A stretch of DNA of 64,000 bases, taken from the NCBI GenBank assembly GCA_964639245.1, contig CAZXCU010000021.1, positions 9,269 to 73,268 of the forward strand. The letters run 5' to 3'. The first letter of the stretch is position 1. Every line of letters starts with the position of its first letter. This DNA comes from an uncultured Anaerolineae bacterium (lineage in GTDB: Bacteria; Chloroflexota; Anaerolineae; Aggregatilineales; J027). The notes under the pieces are model-generated. The model did no database searches. It was not told the DNA's origin and saw nothing but the letters and a program-made list of their open reading frames with translations. Both the position numbers and the translations under genes were made by a program. Positions 35,443 to 44,122 of the stretch are shown piece after piece.

Positions 35443-37764
35443 TCAGTAGTCTAAATCAAGAAAATTAGGAGAGTATGGAGAAGTTTGGATCAGTGTGCCA
35501 GCCTGCTGGTACTGCGGCTGAAAAACAGCCTGCTCCATTGATTGAGCGCGATCATAGTGCTGCTCAAACGGCTGCAAGCCATTCTCTTGAGCGACTTTTT
35601 CTAAAAATGCTTGTGTCCCTGCTGTATTTTCGGGGGAACCAATGAACTCCAAGCCCGGTTTGTCCTTGATATATTGGGTCAGCCCATTTGCATAGTCTTG
35701 GGCATTCGCCTGCTGTTCAAAGCGGGCAAGTTCCATCACATAACTCTGGCTGATGTCACTCTCAATCGGCAGTCCATGCTGGTAGACATCCCGCAGGGCG
35801 ACCGTCGAATAGCCTATGGGCTGATCCTCTGCATCCACTGTTTGCATCGCTCGAATCGAGAATCCATACAATGGCTCAGGCGATGCTTCAGGCAGATCGC
35901 GCTCCATTGGACGAAAACCTAATTCCAAGGTCTTGAGTTCCCATTCACCCGCCTGCAATGCCCCAATCTCGGCGCGATAGTTAGGCAGCATAGCAGTTCC
36001 CATCCTAACTAAGTCAGTCGTATGTGTGCCAGAACGCAGCCCATTCAACTGCCCTACTTCGCGCAGAAAAGCTCGACCTATAGCCGGGTTATCACCTAAA
36101 TCATGGGCAACCATAAAATCGCGCAGATGTTCAGCATAATCGTCAGCCTGCGCTACCTGTTTGAAGTGCGCGAGTTCGGTCACACTGACCGTATCCGCCC
36201 CATGCCAATCCTCAGTATTGATTTTGAAAGGGATCGCTCCCCAGCGCACATCGACGGCTGCCACTGCATACCCCAAGTATTCCCCCTGTAAATTGGCAAC
36301 AGGTAATGTCTGAACCTCCAATACCTCTGCGCCACGATAGCCGGGTCGTCCTATATAGGTTGAACGCTGACTGCGCTCCTGCGCCAGCATTTCGGCAGAC
36401 TCTAAGGCACTACCCCATTTATCCTCATCCGTCAGAAGCCGAGCCGTTTGAGGGATGGGTTCGTCATCCTCAAGGACTGATGCTGTAGGCAAAGGCAGCG
36501 AGTTAGCGAAGGGTTCGGGAGAATCAGATAGATTGAGGTCAAGCTCGGTAGGTAATTCAGGACGGTGCTGCGGCGTATAAATGCTGGGCAGAGGCTTGAG
36601 TTCGGCTTCTCGATCTTGTTTGCGCCCAAAGGAGACCTTCCGCGCCGCTTTGCCTTGTTCTACCGCAAAAGCGTAGCCTGCTTCCGTCCCCGCCAGCCGC
36701 CCATTCTTGTGATGGGTGTGTCCGTTATCAACGAAGAAGGCTACACCACGTTCCTCATCCAAGCCGCGAATCATGGTACGGTCACGCTGAGTGTAGCGGT
36801 TGCCCTTTTCTTTGAAGTTATAGGGGACTTTACGGATTTGCCCGCCTTGAACCCCACCATTACGTGCGGCATCGCCTGCTGTCCAAACGACGACATTATC
36901 ATAGCTAATAGCATTGGCGGTCTCGACTACCCGTGCATCTACGCCCTTGTCGTTATCGCCGACATGAAGTTGCGCTCCCACCTCAGCCGCCCGCACCACC
37001 AACGCTGAGGCGTAGTTAAGTTGGGCATTATTGGCATTCATGCTGCCCGCGATGAGGATTTGTCTAGGGTGTTCAGGCAATGGTTTAACTGCCTGCGGTG
37101 AACGATAACCCTTGGGGATTGGCTGTGCTTCTTTTTTCTGCGACCAGTGTTCACCCCGTTCGCGCCAATTGACCTCACTGTGGGAGGGCAGCTCAGGCAG
37201 TGCCGAATGCGGGGTTACACGATGACGTTCCTGCACCCCTTCCTCACGGTAGCGTTCGTGGTCAAACTCGCCTGGCTCAATGTGTCCGACATCCACCCCG
37301 CGTTTGGCTAAAGAGTCCGCTAACCAGCGGGTGCGATGGCAGGTGCAGGTATCGGCACAAGCACACAAGAGGGCGATACGCTCCCCTTTATGAGCAGCGG
37401 TTGCCATACCATCTAGCACTTGAGTTGCATCCTGACGAGCATCCATGACCTGATAATCTGCCTGTCCTGCTGAGGTATATTCCCCCTCCTCACGCGGTTT
37501 ACCTGTGAGGGCGGGACGTGGGGCAAAACGCATGGGTCGTCCGTTGACCCCGTTACGCTGCCCCGCTACCTGAGCCAGTTGGTCATAGCTGTATCTGCCC
37601 CGATAATCGCTGTTACGAGTATCCACTAAGATAGTCACGCCTTCGGCTTCGAGGGCATCGAACATCCGCGACAGTCCATCGCCGCCCTTCCAAGCGTTAT
37701 AACCCACGGAGTAGATACCGCCACCACGCTGCTGAGGCAATGGCACAGGCAAATCATACGGCAT
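35443..37764 (-). CDS. Multidomain conjugative-element protein (DUF488-like N-terminus, Rossmann/SLOG- or DprA-like centre, two C-terminal repeat modules)
   Basis: IYSVGYNAW...VTILVDTRNS is DUF488-like. ILIAGSMNAN...VGDNDKGVDARV forms the central domain. The C-terminal modules are homologous to those of the 1031-aa protein. Confidence 0.5.
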   Translation of the reverse strand: MPYDLPVPLPQQRGGGIYSVGYNAWKGGDGLSRMFDALEAEGVTILVDTRNSDYRGRYSYDQLAQVAGQRNGVNGRPMRFAPRPALTGKPREEGEYTSAGQADYQVMDARQDATQVLDGMATAAHKGERIALLCACADTCTCHRTRWLADSLAKRGVDVGHIEPGEFDHERYREEGVQERHRVTPHSALPELPSHSEVNWRERGEHWSQKKEAQPIPKGYRSPQAVKPLPEHPRQILIAGSMNANNAQLNYASALVVRAAEVGAQLHVGDNDKGVDARVVETANAISYDNVVVWTAGDAARNGGVQGGQIRKVPYNFKEKGNRYTQRDRTMIRGLDEERGVAFFVDNGHTHHKNGRLAGTEAGYAFAVEQGKAARKVSFGRKQDREAELKPLPSIYTPQHRPELPTELDLNLSDSPEPFANSLPLPTASVLEDDEPIPQTARLLTDEDKWGSALESAEMLAQERSQRSTYIGRPGYRGAEVLEVQTLPVANLQGEYLGYAVAAVDVRWGAIPFKINTEDWHGADTVSVTELAHFKQVAQADDYAEHLRDFMVAHDLGDNPAIGRAFLREVGQLNGLRSGTHTTDLVRMGTAMLPNYRAEIGALQAGEWELKTLELGFRPMERDLPEASPEPLYGFSIRAMQTVDAEDQPIGYSTVALRDVYQHGLPIESDISQSYVMELARFEQQANAQDYANGLTQYIKDKPGLEFIGSPENTAGTQAFLEKVAQENGLQPFEQHYDRAQSMEQAVFQPQYQQAGTLIQTSPYSPNFLDLDY

Positions 37765-37767
37765 GGT

Positions 37768-40700
37768 TTAGAGTTCCAGATCAACAGTCACGGGCTGTTC
37801 GGGGGCAGGTGTCATGGAGATAGGGTGAAAATCTTCCGCCCTGTGCTGAAGTGTCCATTCACCTGCCGTGACTTGACCTACTTCAGCCGTATCCAGCCAG
37901 CGTTCGTTGTTCCCCAACCCATTTGCCACCTGCGCGTTTTTGACAAACTCCAGTGCGGGCATGATGTTCGTTCCTTCGGTATCGAGATCACGTTTGTAGA
38001 AGTATTCATGTAGAGAAGCGGCGTAAAAGTCAGCATCAGGTTTACGCTCGAAGTGTGCCACTTCATAAGCTGTCACTGCCTGCGTATCTTCCCAATCGCG
38101 GGAATTTTCATCCTGTTCCCACTGAGCATCCAGTGCGACCACTGAATGTCCTAATGCCTGTCCCTCTCCTGTCTGGACAGGCACAACTTCCAGCGAAAGT
38201 TCATGGTGTGGGGGATGCTCGGCGGCATACTGCCGGGCAGCATGGTTGATCTCGCGTTCCGAAAGGAAGGGGTCTTCGGGTCCTTCCTTAAACATTTGCC
38301 CAAAACGCACCTCTGGATTAATGTGAAGGTCTAATTCCTCAGCCCGCTCCACCATGTCAGGGTAATTCTGAATATCTGCCACTGTCGCGGCACGGGTCAT
38401 GGCAGCCTGAATGCCCTCTTTTTCCGCCAGATCAGCATAGGTATCCACCTCGTGCCGCGCATCATCGCGGTCATAATGGACACCCAACGTGACCACTTCC
38501 TGCTGGGATTCATCGCCTGCCCCCCAATGTTTGACCGTTTCAACGGCTAGGGCATCTACCCCATAACGTGCCACCTCGACTTCCAAATCGGGAATAGGAC
38601 GCATCCGAAATTCATAGGACTGTCCTGCCTCTAAAGGCAGGTCGTAAGCTGCATCCCCTACCGTGCGACTGTAATCCAGACGTGGGGGAATAAAGCCGGT
38701 AGATGCAGGTGGGGGGGTCTGTATATTTCCCACAGTTTCATGCCCCCAATCAAATTCAAGGTCTTCCCGTTGAGGGTCAGCGGGTCCCGCCTGAAACAAC
38801 CCCTCTTCCCGCACATTCAGATGTAAGGCGGTGGTCGTGCTTTCAGGCAGGTGGGCAGCCTGTCCAGCGAAGTCATGAGCGAGCGCCTCCATTTTTTCCA
38901 GTCGTTCCACCACATCAGTCCCTTGTGCCAGTTGATCGGCAGTTCGCACTGCCTCAGCCCGGTCATTCCCCAGCCCCAGTGCCACCGTTTCCAGTCCTGT
39001 TTCTCCCGTTTCGCGTTCCAGCCACGCCTTCACCCCCTCCACCATATAGGTGGGCTGTTCAGCACCGTCAAGTGTTTCCTCCCGCACCGCCACTCCGTAG
39101 AACTGACCCGCTTCGACTTCAGGATCAGCCCCGTAGCGTCCGACGGCGCGGGCATGAACCACTGACTCAGGCAGCGGGATTTTGTAACCGTTTAAACCAA
39201 AATTTTCGGCATCCCGCTCCCAATCTCGTTCTGTCTGAATTGCCCCCACTGAACGGGCATCATCAGGGATTGTAAAGGTGTCGGAAGGACCTTGTTCAAA
39301 GAGGCTGTCCCCCTTGAACCCCTCCTGCTGTGCCAGTCGTAGTGCCGACCCCATCGCATGATCGAGGTCATGCCGACCCCATTCATAGACCAGGGCGCGG
39401 GCATCTGAGAGGGCCTCACTGCGCGGGTCGAGATAGGAAACGGATTCATCATAAGCGTCGGCGCGATAGGTCTTAAGGACTGCTGACTCGGTGACTGCCT
39501 TCTGCAAGATGTCACTCTCGAAGGTCTTAGTAGCTGCCAGTATCACATCACCATCGGCATTGGGGGCTGAGACTTCCAACCCGTACATGGATTCATCGCC
39601 TACTGGACGCAACCGCAGCGGGGCAATCTGCCCTGGGTCAGTATTCTCCGGGGAACGATACTCCGCTGTGATGTAGGGCGGGAGATAACTGACGTGTTCA
39701 TTCAGGTCAACTTCCCAGTTGACCCGTTCGGCTTTGAGTGTATTTGCCATACCTTGCTCCTCTCTATCTATATCGGTGATCACTGCACCTAAGCGCAGTG
39801 CGTCAGCTAACAAGGGATCAAGCTCAGGATTAGCGGGCATATCAGAGGGGTGTTCCCTCCCTATCAGGCGTTCATATAAGTCGTAATGTTCAGGTTGCAT
39901 GGGCTGCCAGTGGGGATCAGCCACCTGTGTTTCAGCAAACCTGCCCCACTGGGCGGAGGAATCATAAGCAGCGAAAGCCGCTACTTCCAGTTGGTCACGC
40001 TGCTCTTGTGCCTGTTCAACCGTATCATGCTGACCAAGTGCCAGATAACTGCCTGCCAGATCACCCGTCAGGGCATCGCGGTAGACATCCAATAAGGCCG
40101 TCTGATAGGTCCCTCCCGACTGCGCGGGTGGCAGCACCGCGAAGCGTGCCTCCTGCCAGCCCCAGCCTGTGTCCTCGATTTCCGCTGCTGGAGCAACTTC
40201 CATGATTTCGGCATTGCGTTCCAGAATCTCCTGTTGATCTAAATAAAAGGTGGGTGACATGGGTATAGCCGCAAATAAAGACTGCCCTACCTCTAGCTGT
40301 CCATGCTTGTATGCCTCTTCTGCCGCAGTCGCCATCAGCAGTGGCACACCGCCCTCAGCCTGAGCGTCTTCTAAAGTCATGCTCAGGTGCGAGGCTTCAT
40401 GTGGCGATAAATTCCAGCCAATCATGGCATCAGCAATGCCGTGTTCATGTAGAGCTAGAATGGAAACAGAAGTTGGTTCGCCTGTAAAAACAGAATCGGG
40501 AGGATAGCTAGCCACCATATAACCAGCAGCATAGTCCAGCGGCTGCTGTTGGAGGTGAGGGAGATGCTCGGCGATGACCTCGCGCCCCTGTTCATACAAG
40601 GCTGCCGATACCTCCTTGAGATGTTCTTCGGCTTCCATATCGCTGACATATTCCGCCAACGTCAGCCGCTGTTGGACTTCCACTCCATGCGCTTGGCGAG

Positions 40701-40863
40701 TGCTGCGGACGAGGTTGACCCGATAGCGATCATCATCACTTTCGGGGAAAGCCAATTCCACCCCATAGACTGCATCGGCGGCATAATCCACCAGATGGGT
40801 CTCTTCAGGGTAGTCGTCATCCCGCACCACCAACATCTCCGCCCCAAACTGCCGCACGCTCAT
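37768..40863 (-). CDS. Large acidic repeat-module protein (1031 aa)
   Basis: Start overlaps the upstream stop (TAATG). At least five copies of a YGV/LG(Y/H)-type beta-alpha module are present. No TM segment or enzyme motif accepted. Confidence 0.6.
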   Translation of the reverse strand: MSVRQFGAEMLVVRDDDYPEETHLVDYAADAVYGVELAFPESDDDRYRVNLVRSTRQAHGVEVQQRLTLAEYVSDMEAEEHLKEVSAALYEQGREVIAEHLPHLQQQPLDYAAGYMVASYPPDSVFTGEPTSVSILALHEHGIADAMIGWNLSPHEASHLSMTLEDAQAEGGVPLLMATAAEEAYKHGQLEVGQSLFAAIPMSPTFYLDQQEILERNAEIMEVAPAAEIEDTGWGWQEARFAVLPPAQSGGTYQTALLDVYRDALTGDLAGSYLALGQHDTVEQAQEQRDQLEVAAFAAYDSSAQWGRFAETQVADPHWQPMQPEHYDLYERLIGREHPSDMPANPELDPLLADALRLGAVITDIDREEQGMANTLKAERVNWEVDLNEHVSYLPPYITAEYRSPENTDPGQIAPLRLRPVGDESMYGLEVSAPNADGDVILAATKTFESDILQKAVTESAVLKTYRADAYDESVSYLDPRSEALSDARALVYEWGRHDLDHAMGSALRLAQQEGFKGDSLFEQGPSDTFTIPDDARSVGAIQTERDWERDAENFGLNGYKIPLPESVVHARAVGRYGADPEVEAGQFYGVAVREETLDGAEQPTYMVEGVKAWLERETGETGLETVALGLGNDRAEAVRTADQLAQGTDVVERLEKMEALAHDFAGQAAHLPESTTTALHLNVREEGLFQAGPADPQREDLEFDWGHETVGNIQTPPPASTGFIPPRLDYSRTVGDAAYDLPLEAGQSYEFRMRPIPDLEVEVARYGVDALAVETVKHWGAGDESQQEVVTLGVHYDRDDARHEVDTYADLAEKEGIQAAMTRAATVADIQNYPDMVERAEELDLHINPEVRFGQMFKEGPEDPFLSEREINHAARQYAAEHPPHHELSLEVVPVQTGEGQALGHSVVALDAQWEQDENSRDWEDTQAVTAYEVAHFERKPDADFYAASLHEYFYKRDLDTEGTNIMPALEFVKNAQVANGLGNNERWLDTAEVGQVTAGEWTLQHRAEDFHPISMTPAPEQPVTVDLEL

Positions 40864-42029
40864 TAGTCCAGCTCCATCCCGACTGGACTAAAGGCACTCT
40901 CAGGTTCAACAGGCATTCCCCACAACTCACGCTGTTGGGTCGCCACTGCCATGCCTTCGGCAGCATCCAGCACCTGCCCCACATCTTGCGTGCGTTCTGC
41001 CACTCCCAGCAGGTATTCGGCAGTACGATAAGCATGATCCCAATCCCCTGTTGCTACGGGCGCGAGATGCGCGAGGGGCTGTCCGTTATCGTCCTGCTGA
41101 ATAGAGAGAATAGAGGTGATCGCCTCATTGGGATTGGTTGGATCGGGCTGATACACCCCAATCCAATAGGCAGTATTCGTGCTTTCATCAAATAAGGGAG
41201 GAGGCGTATTGGCAGGATCAAAATCCTCCGCTTGCAGTCCCAATCCCCGCATGACAGTCTGTAATTCATGCGTTTGGTCAATCTCATCCCGTTCCAATTC
41301 ATCCCTACTGACTTCAAAAACCTGCGCCAGCAGCCGATCCCGAGCTGCCCAGGTTGCATCATCCTGAAAATCGGGAGTATCAGGGGCAAGGGATTGATCG
41401 ACAATCTTCCACTGTGTATCCGTCAGCGGCTGCCACTCGCCTCCCTGTTTGATGAGTCCATGCGCGAAGTCCCCTAAATCCGCATCAGCCACCTCTGCTT
41501 CATCCGCCAGATGGTAGATGTTGCTCCGCATCTCCTCCGCCCGTGCCAAGTGGGGTGCATCTGCCATGTGTAAATAGGTTCCCGTCTGGTCGCCTGTCTG
41601 TGGGTCCTGCCAGACTTCCACCACTCCTACTGCGTAATGATCGGGCGTAGGTTCATCAGCAAAAACTTCTTCGATCAGGATGCCTGTATGCTGCAAACGC
41701 CAAGAGCTGTCCCGTTCAATGGGCAGCCCATCAGATGCAGGTGGGTGTGTCCCCTGTGTAGAGTAGACCTCAGCAGGTAGGTCAAGTGGTTCCGCCGCGT
41801 ACAGTTCTTCTGGCAGCGCATAGTCCTGAGCCGCTGGGATGGGCGGAGGGGCATACCGCGCCATCCTTTGCAGGAGCATATCGTCCTCATCCGGGAACAA
41901 ATCCGGCGGTTCTGGCGGCAGGGTACTATCAAAAACCCAATCTGGGGGTTCTTCCATAGTATTTACGGGAAAATACACATCAGGCGGTTCCTCAATCACC
42001 CAGTCATCAGGTGGAGGCATTAAGCTCAT
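40863..42029 (-). CDS. Acidic Pro-rich protein carrying the same repeat module (388 aa)
   Basis: N-terminal EPPDW-type short repeats. Modules HYAVGVVEVWQDPQTGDQTG... and AYWIGVYQPDPTNPNE... Confidence 0.55.
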   Translation of the reverse strand: MSLMPPPDDWVIEEPPDVYFPVNTMEEPPDWVFDSTLPPEPPDLFPDEDDMLLQRMARYAPPPIPAAQDYALPEELYAAEPLDLPAEVYSTQGTHPPASDGLPIERDSSWRLQHTGILIEEVFADEPTPDHYAVGVVEVWQDPQTGDQTGTYLHMADAPHLARAEEMRSNIYHLADEAEVADADLGDFAHGLIKQGGEWQPLTDTQWKIVDQSLAPDTPDFQDDATWAARDRLLAQVFEVSRDELERDEIDQTHELQTVMRGLGLQAEDFDPANTPPPLFDESTNTAYWIGVYQPDPTNPNEAITSILSIQQDDNGQPLAHLAPVATGDWDHAYRTAEYLLGVAERTQDVGQVLDAAEGMAVATQQRELWGMPVEPESAFSPVGMELD

Positions 42030-42041
42030 AGCAGCACCTCA

Positions 42042-43943
42042 CTACGGTTTCGCTGGCTGTAGGATCACGGGTTGATGCTCCAACCCCACCGTATAGCGGC
42101 ATTTGGGGAATGCCGAGCAACCCACAAACTGCCCGTTCTTGCCCACACGCACAACTAAATCGCTCCCACATTGGGGGCATGGTTCCCCTGTTTTCTGGGG
42201 TTCGGGTGGCATCACTTTAGGCTGGGCAGGACGCATTTCTGCCGCTGCCCCGCGCAGCAGTGGTTGAAATTCTCCCCAGAAGGTTTGCAGGACATCGAGT
42301 TCTCCGCGCTGCCCAGCAGCGATTTCATCCAGGGTGTTTTCCAGGCGGGCGGTGTAATCATCTGCCAGCAGCGTGGCAAAACCACCCATGAGATAGTCGG
42401 TCAGTTTGATACCAGTTTCAGTGGGGATAAGCCGCTTCTTGTCGAGCCGCACATATTCCCGTGATTTGAGATTGCTTAGGATGGCAGCATAGGTACTGGG
42501 TCGCCCGATACCACGTTTTTCCAACTCATGGACAAGCTGGGCTTCGGTAAAACGGGCAGGCGGTTGGGTCTGCTTCTGCTGCGGTAAGAGTTTTTGTAGG
42601 ATCAAGGGCTGACCCACAGCTAAAACAGGCAGCACATTTTCAGCGTCGTCTATCTCATCTGCTTCCACATCCGTGCCCGCTTGATACACGCGACGGAAAC
42701 CATCAAACTGGGGGGTACTATCCCGTGCGGTCAGCGTCAAGGGGAACGGCTGCCCCATCTCTTTCCCTGCCAGCACGCTGAGGGTTTGCACGGTATCCAC
42801 TGCCGATGCCATCTGACTGGCGACAAAACGCCGCCAGATGAGTCCATATAAGGCTGCCCCATCAGCGACATTTTCCTTGATATGGTCAGGGGTAAGTGTC
42901 ACATCCGTAGGACGGATGGCTTCATGTGCCTCTTGAGCATTCGGCTTGCTCTTATACTGCGGCTTCTCGGTTGGTAAATATGATTCTCCATAGGCTTTGC
43001 CGATGAAGTCAAAGGCAGCCACCTGCGCCTCTGGTGCAATGAACACGGCATCCGTCCGCATATAAGTGATGAGAGAGGTCTCATAGAGGGTTTGAGCAAG
43101 CTGCATGGTCTGCTCGGGCGAGAAGCCCAACGTGCTGCTGGCAGCCTGCTGCAAGGTGCTGGTCGTGAACGGAGCGGGCGGTTTGCGCTGTACGGTCTCA
43201 GTGTTGATCTCACCCACCCAATAAGTTGCACCTTTGAGGGTCCCAGCCAGCTTTTTGACAAATTCCACTTCTTTAAGGGGCAGATTTTTGTCTTGAACCG
43301 CCGTGAGTTTGGCTTTGAAACTGGCAGCCTCTGTTCCCAGCAGAGCTTCCATAACAAAGTAGGTTTCTGGGGTGAAGGACTGGATAGCCCGTTCGCGCTC
43401 CACCACCAACCGCAAGGCAGGCGACTGCACCCGCCCTGCCGAGTAGCGACCATCAAGGACACGACAGGCAATTGGGCTAACCAGATAGCCCACCAGCCGA
43501 TCCAGTTTGCGGCGGGCGTGCTGGGCTGCCACCAATGCCATGTCCAAACGGCGTGGATTTTCTACCGCTTTACGCACCACTTCCTGCGTGATCGCAGTGA
43601 AGGTCACCCGCATGACGGGCTTCTCACGCGGCAGTTTGGTCAGTGCCAAAATATGGGCGGCAATGGCTTCGCCCTCGCGGTCAGGGTCAGTCGCCAGATA
43701 GATGGCTTCCACCTCATTCATCGCCTTGACCAGCCGCTTGATGATGTTGTTTTTTCCTGCCACTGTCTCCCATTTGGGGACAAAACCTGCTTCTACATCT
43801 ATCCCCAGTTCATCGCTAGGCAGGTCACGCACATGCCCCATGGAAGCCATGACGCGAAACTCACTCCCCAGATAAGACTGGATTTTTTTGACTTTGCCCG
43901 GCGATTCCACAATCAGCAACCGCTTGGCTTTGGGTTTGCTCAT
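42042..43943 (-). CDS. Type IA DNA topoisomerase (Topo I/III-like) with C-terminal zinc ribbon
   Basis: ATG 43943 with an AGGAG SD. TOPRIM LLIVESPGKVKKIQSYLG and DPDREGEAIA. Active-site Tyr region LITYMRTDA. C-terminal CPQCGSDLVV...GCSAFPKC. Confidence 0.85.
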   Translation of the reverse strand: MSKPKAKRLLIVESPGKVKKIQSYLGSEFRVMASMGHVRDLPSDELGIDVEAGFVPKWETVAGKNNIIKRLVKAMNEVEAIYLATDPDREGEAIAAHILALTKLPREKPVMRVTFTAITQEVVRKAVENPRRLDMALVAAQHARRKLDRLVGYLVSPIACRVLDGRYSAGRVQSPALRLVVERERAIQSFTPETYFVMEALLGTEAASFKAKLTAVQDKNLPLKEVEFVKKLAGTLKGATYWVGEINTETVQRKPPAPFTTSTLQQAASSTLGFSPEQTMQLAQTLYETSLITYMRTDAVFIAPEAQVAAFDFIGKAYGESYLPTEKPQYKSKPNAQEAHEAIRPTDVTLTPDHIKENVADGAALYGLIWRRFVASQMASAVDTVQTLSVLAGKEMGQPFPLTLTARDSTPQFDGFRRVYQAGTDVEADEIDDAENVLPVLAVGQPLILQKLLPQQKQTQPPARFTEAQLVHELEKRGIGRPSTYAAILSNLKSREYVRLDKKRLIPTETGIKLTDYLMGGFATLLADDYTARLENTLDEIAAGQRGELDVLQTFWGEFQPLLRGAAAEMRPAQPKVMPPEPQKTGEPCPQCGSDLVVRVGKNGQFVGCSAFPKCRYTVGLEHQPVILQPAKP

Positions 43944-44113
43944 TTCTGCTCCTTCTTTTGACCATCCACTTTCAGGTTTTCCTGCGCCGCCGCGATATGC
44001 TGTTCCAACTGCTTGATCTTCCGCGCCAAGAACAGCGGCCATTCCAGAAAAGCGTGATAAGCATCCTTTTCAAGAGCCTGAAAGGTCGTTGTGTCCGTGA
44101 TCTTTTTTGCCAT
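43940..44113 (-). CDS. Small ORF (57 aa) absent from the ORF track
   Basis: Read on the minus strand as TAGGAGGGACGC-ATG...MAKKITDTTTFQALEKDAYHAFLEWPLFLARKIKQLEQHIAAAQENLKVDGQKKEQK. Its stop overlaps the topoisomerase ATG (ATGA). It fills the gap between virB4-like and the topoisomerase gene. Confidence 0.5.
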   Translation of the reverse strand: MAKKITDTTTFQALEKDAYHAFLEWPLFLARKIKQLEQHIAAAQENLKVDGQKKEQK

Positions 44114-44122
44114 GCGTCCCTC

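Noticed and set aside
38703-39275. Pro-rich 190-aa and 104-aa + strand ORFs inside the 1031-aa gene.
   Set aside because: They are antisense shadow ORFs with low-complexity P/R/S composition and no start signals.
40380-40415. An HExxH-like string (PHEASH) in the 1031-aa protein, suggesting a zinc metalloprotease (ArdC-like).
   Set aside because: This is a single short motif without the surrounding metzincin or gluzincin context or a third ligand, so it is likely chance.
43092-43961. A 289-aa + strand ORF and a 190-aa minus-strand out-of-frame ORF (42899..43471) overlapping the topoisomerase gene.
   Set aside because: The topoisomerase frame carries TOPRIM, the active-site Tyr and zinc-ribbon motifs. 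The overlapping frames have Arg/Gly/Pro-biased shadow composition.
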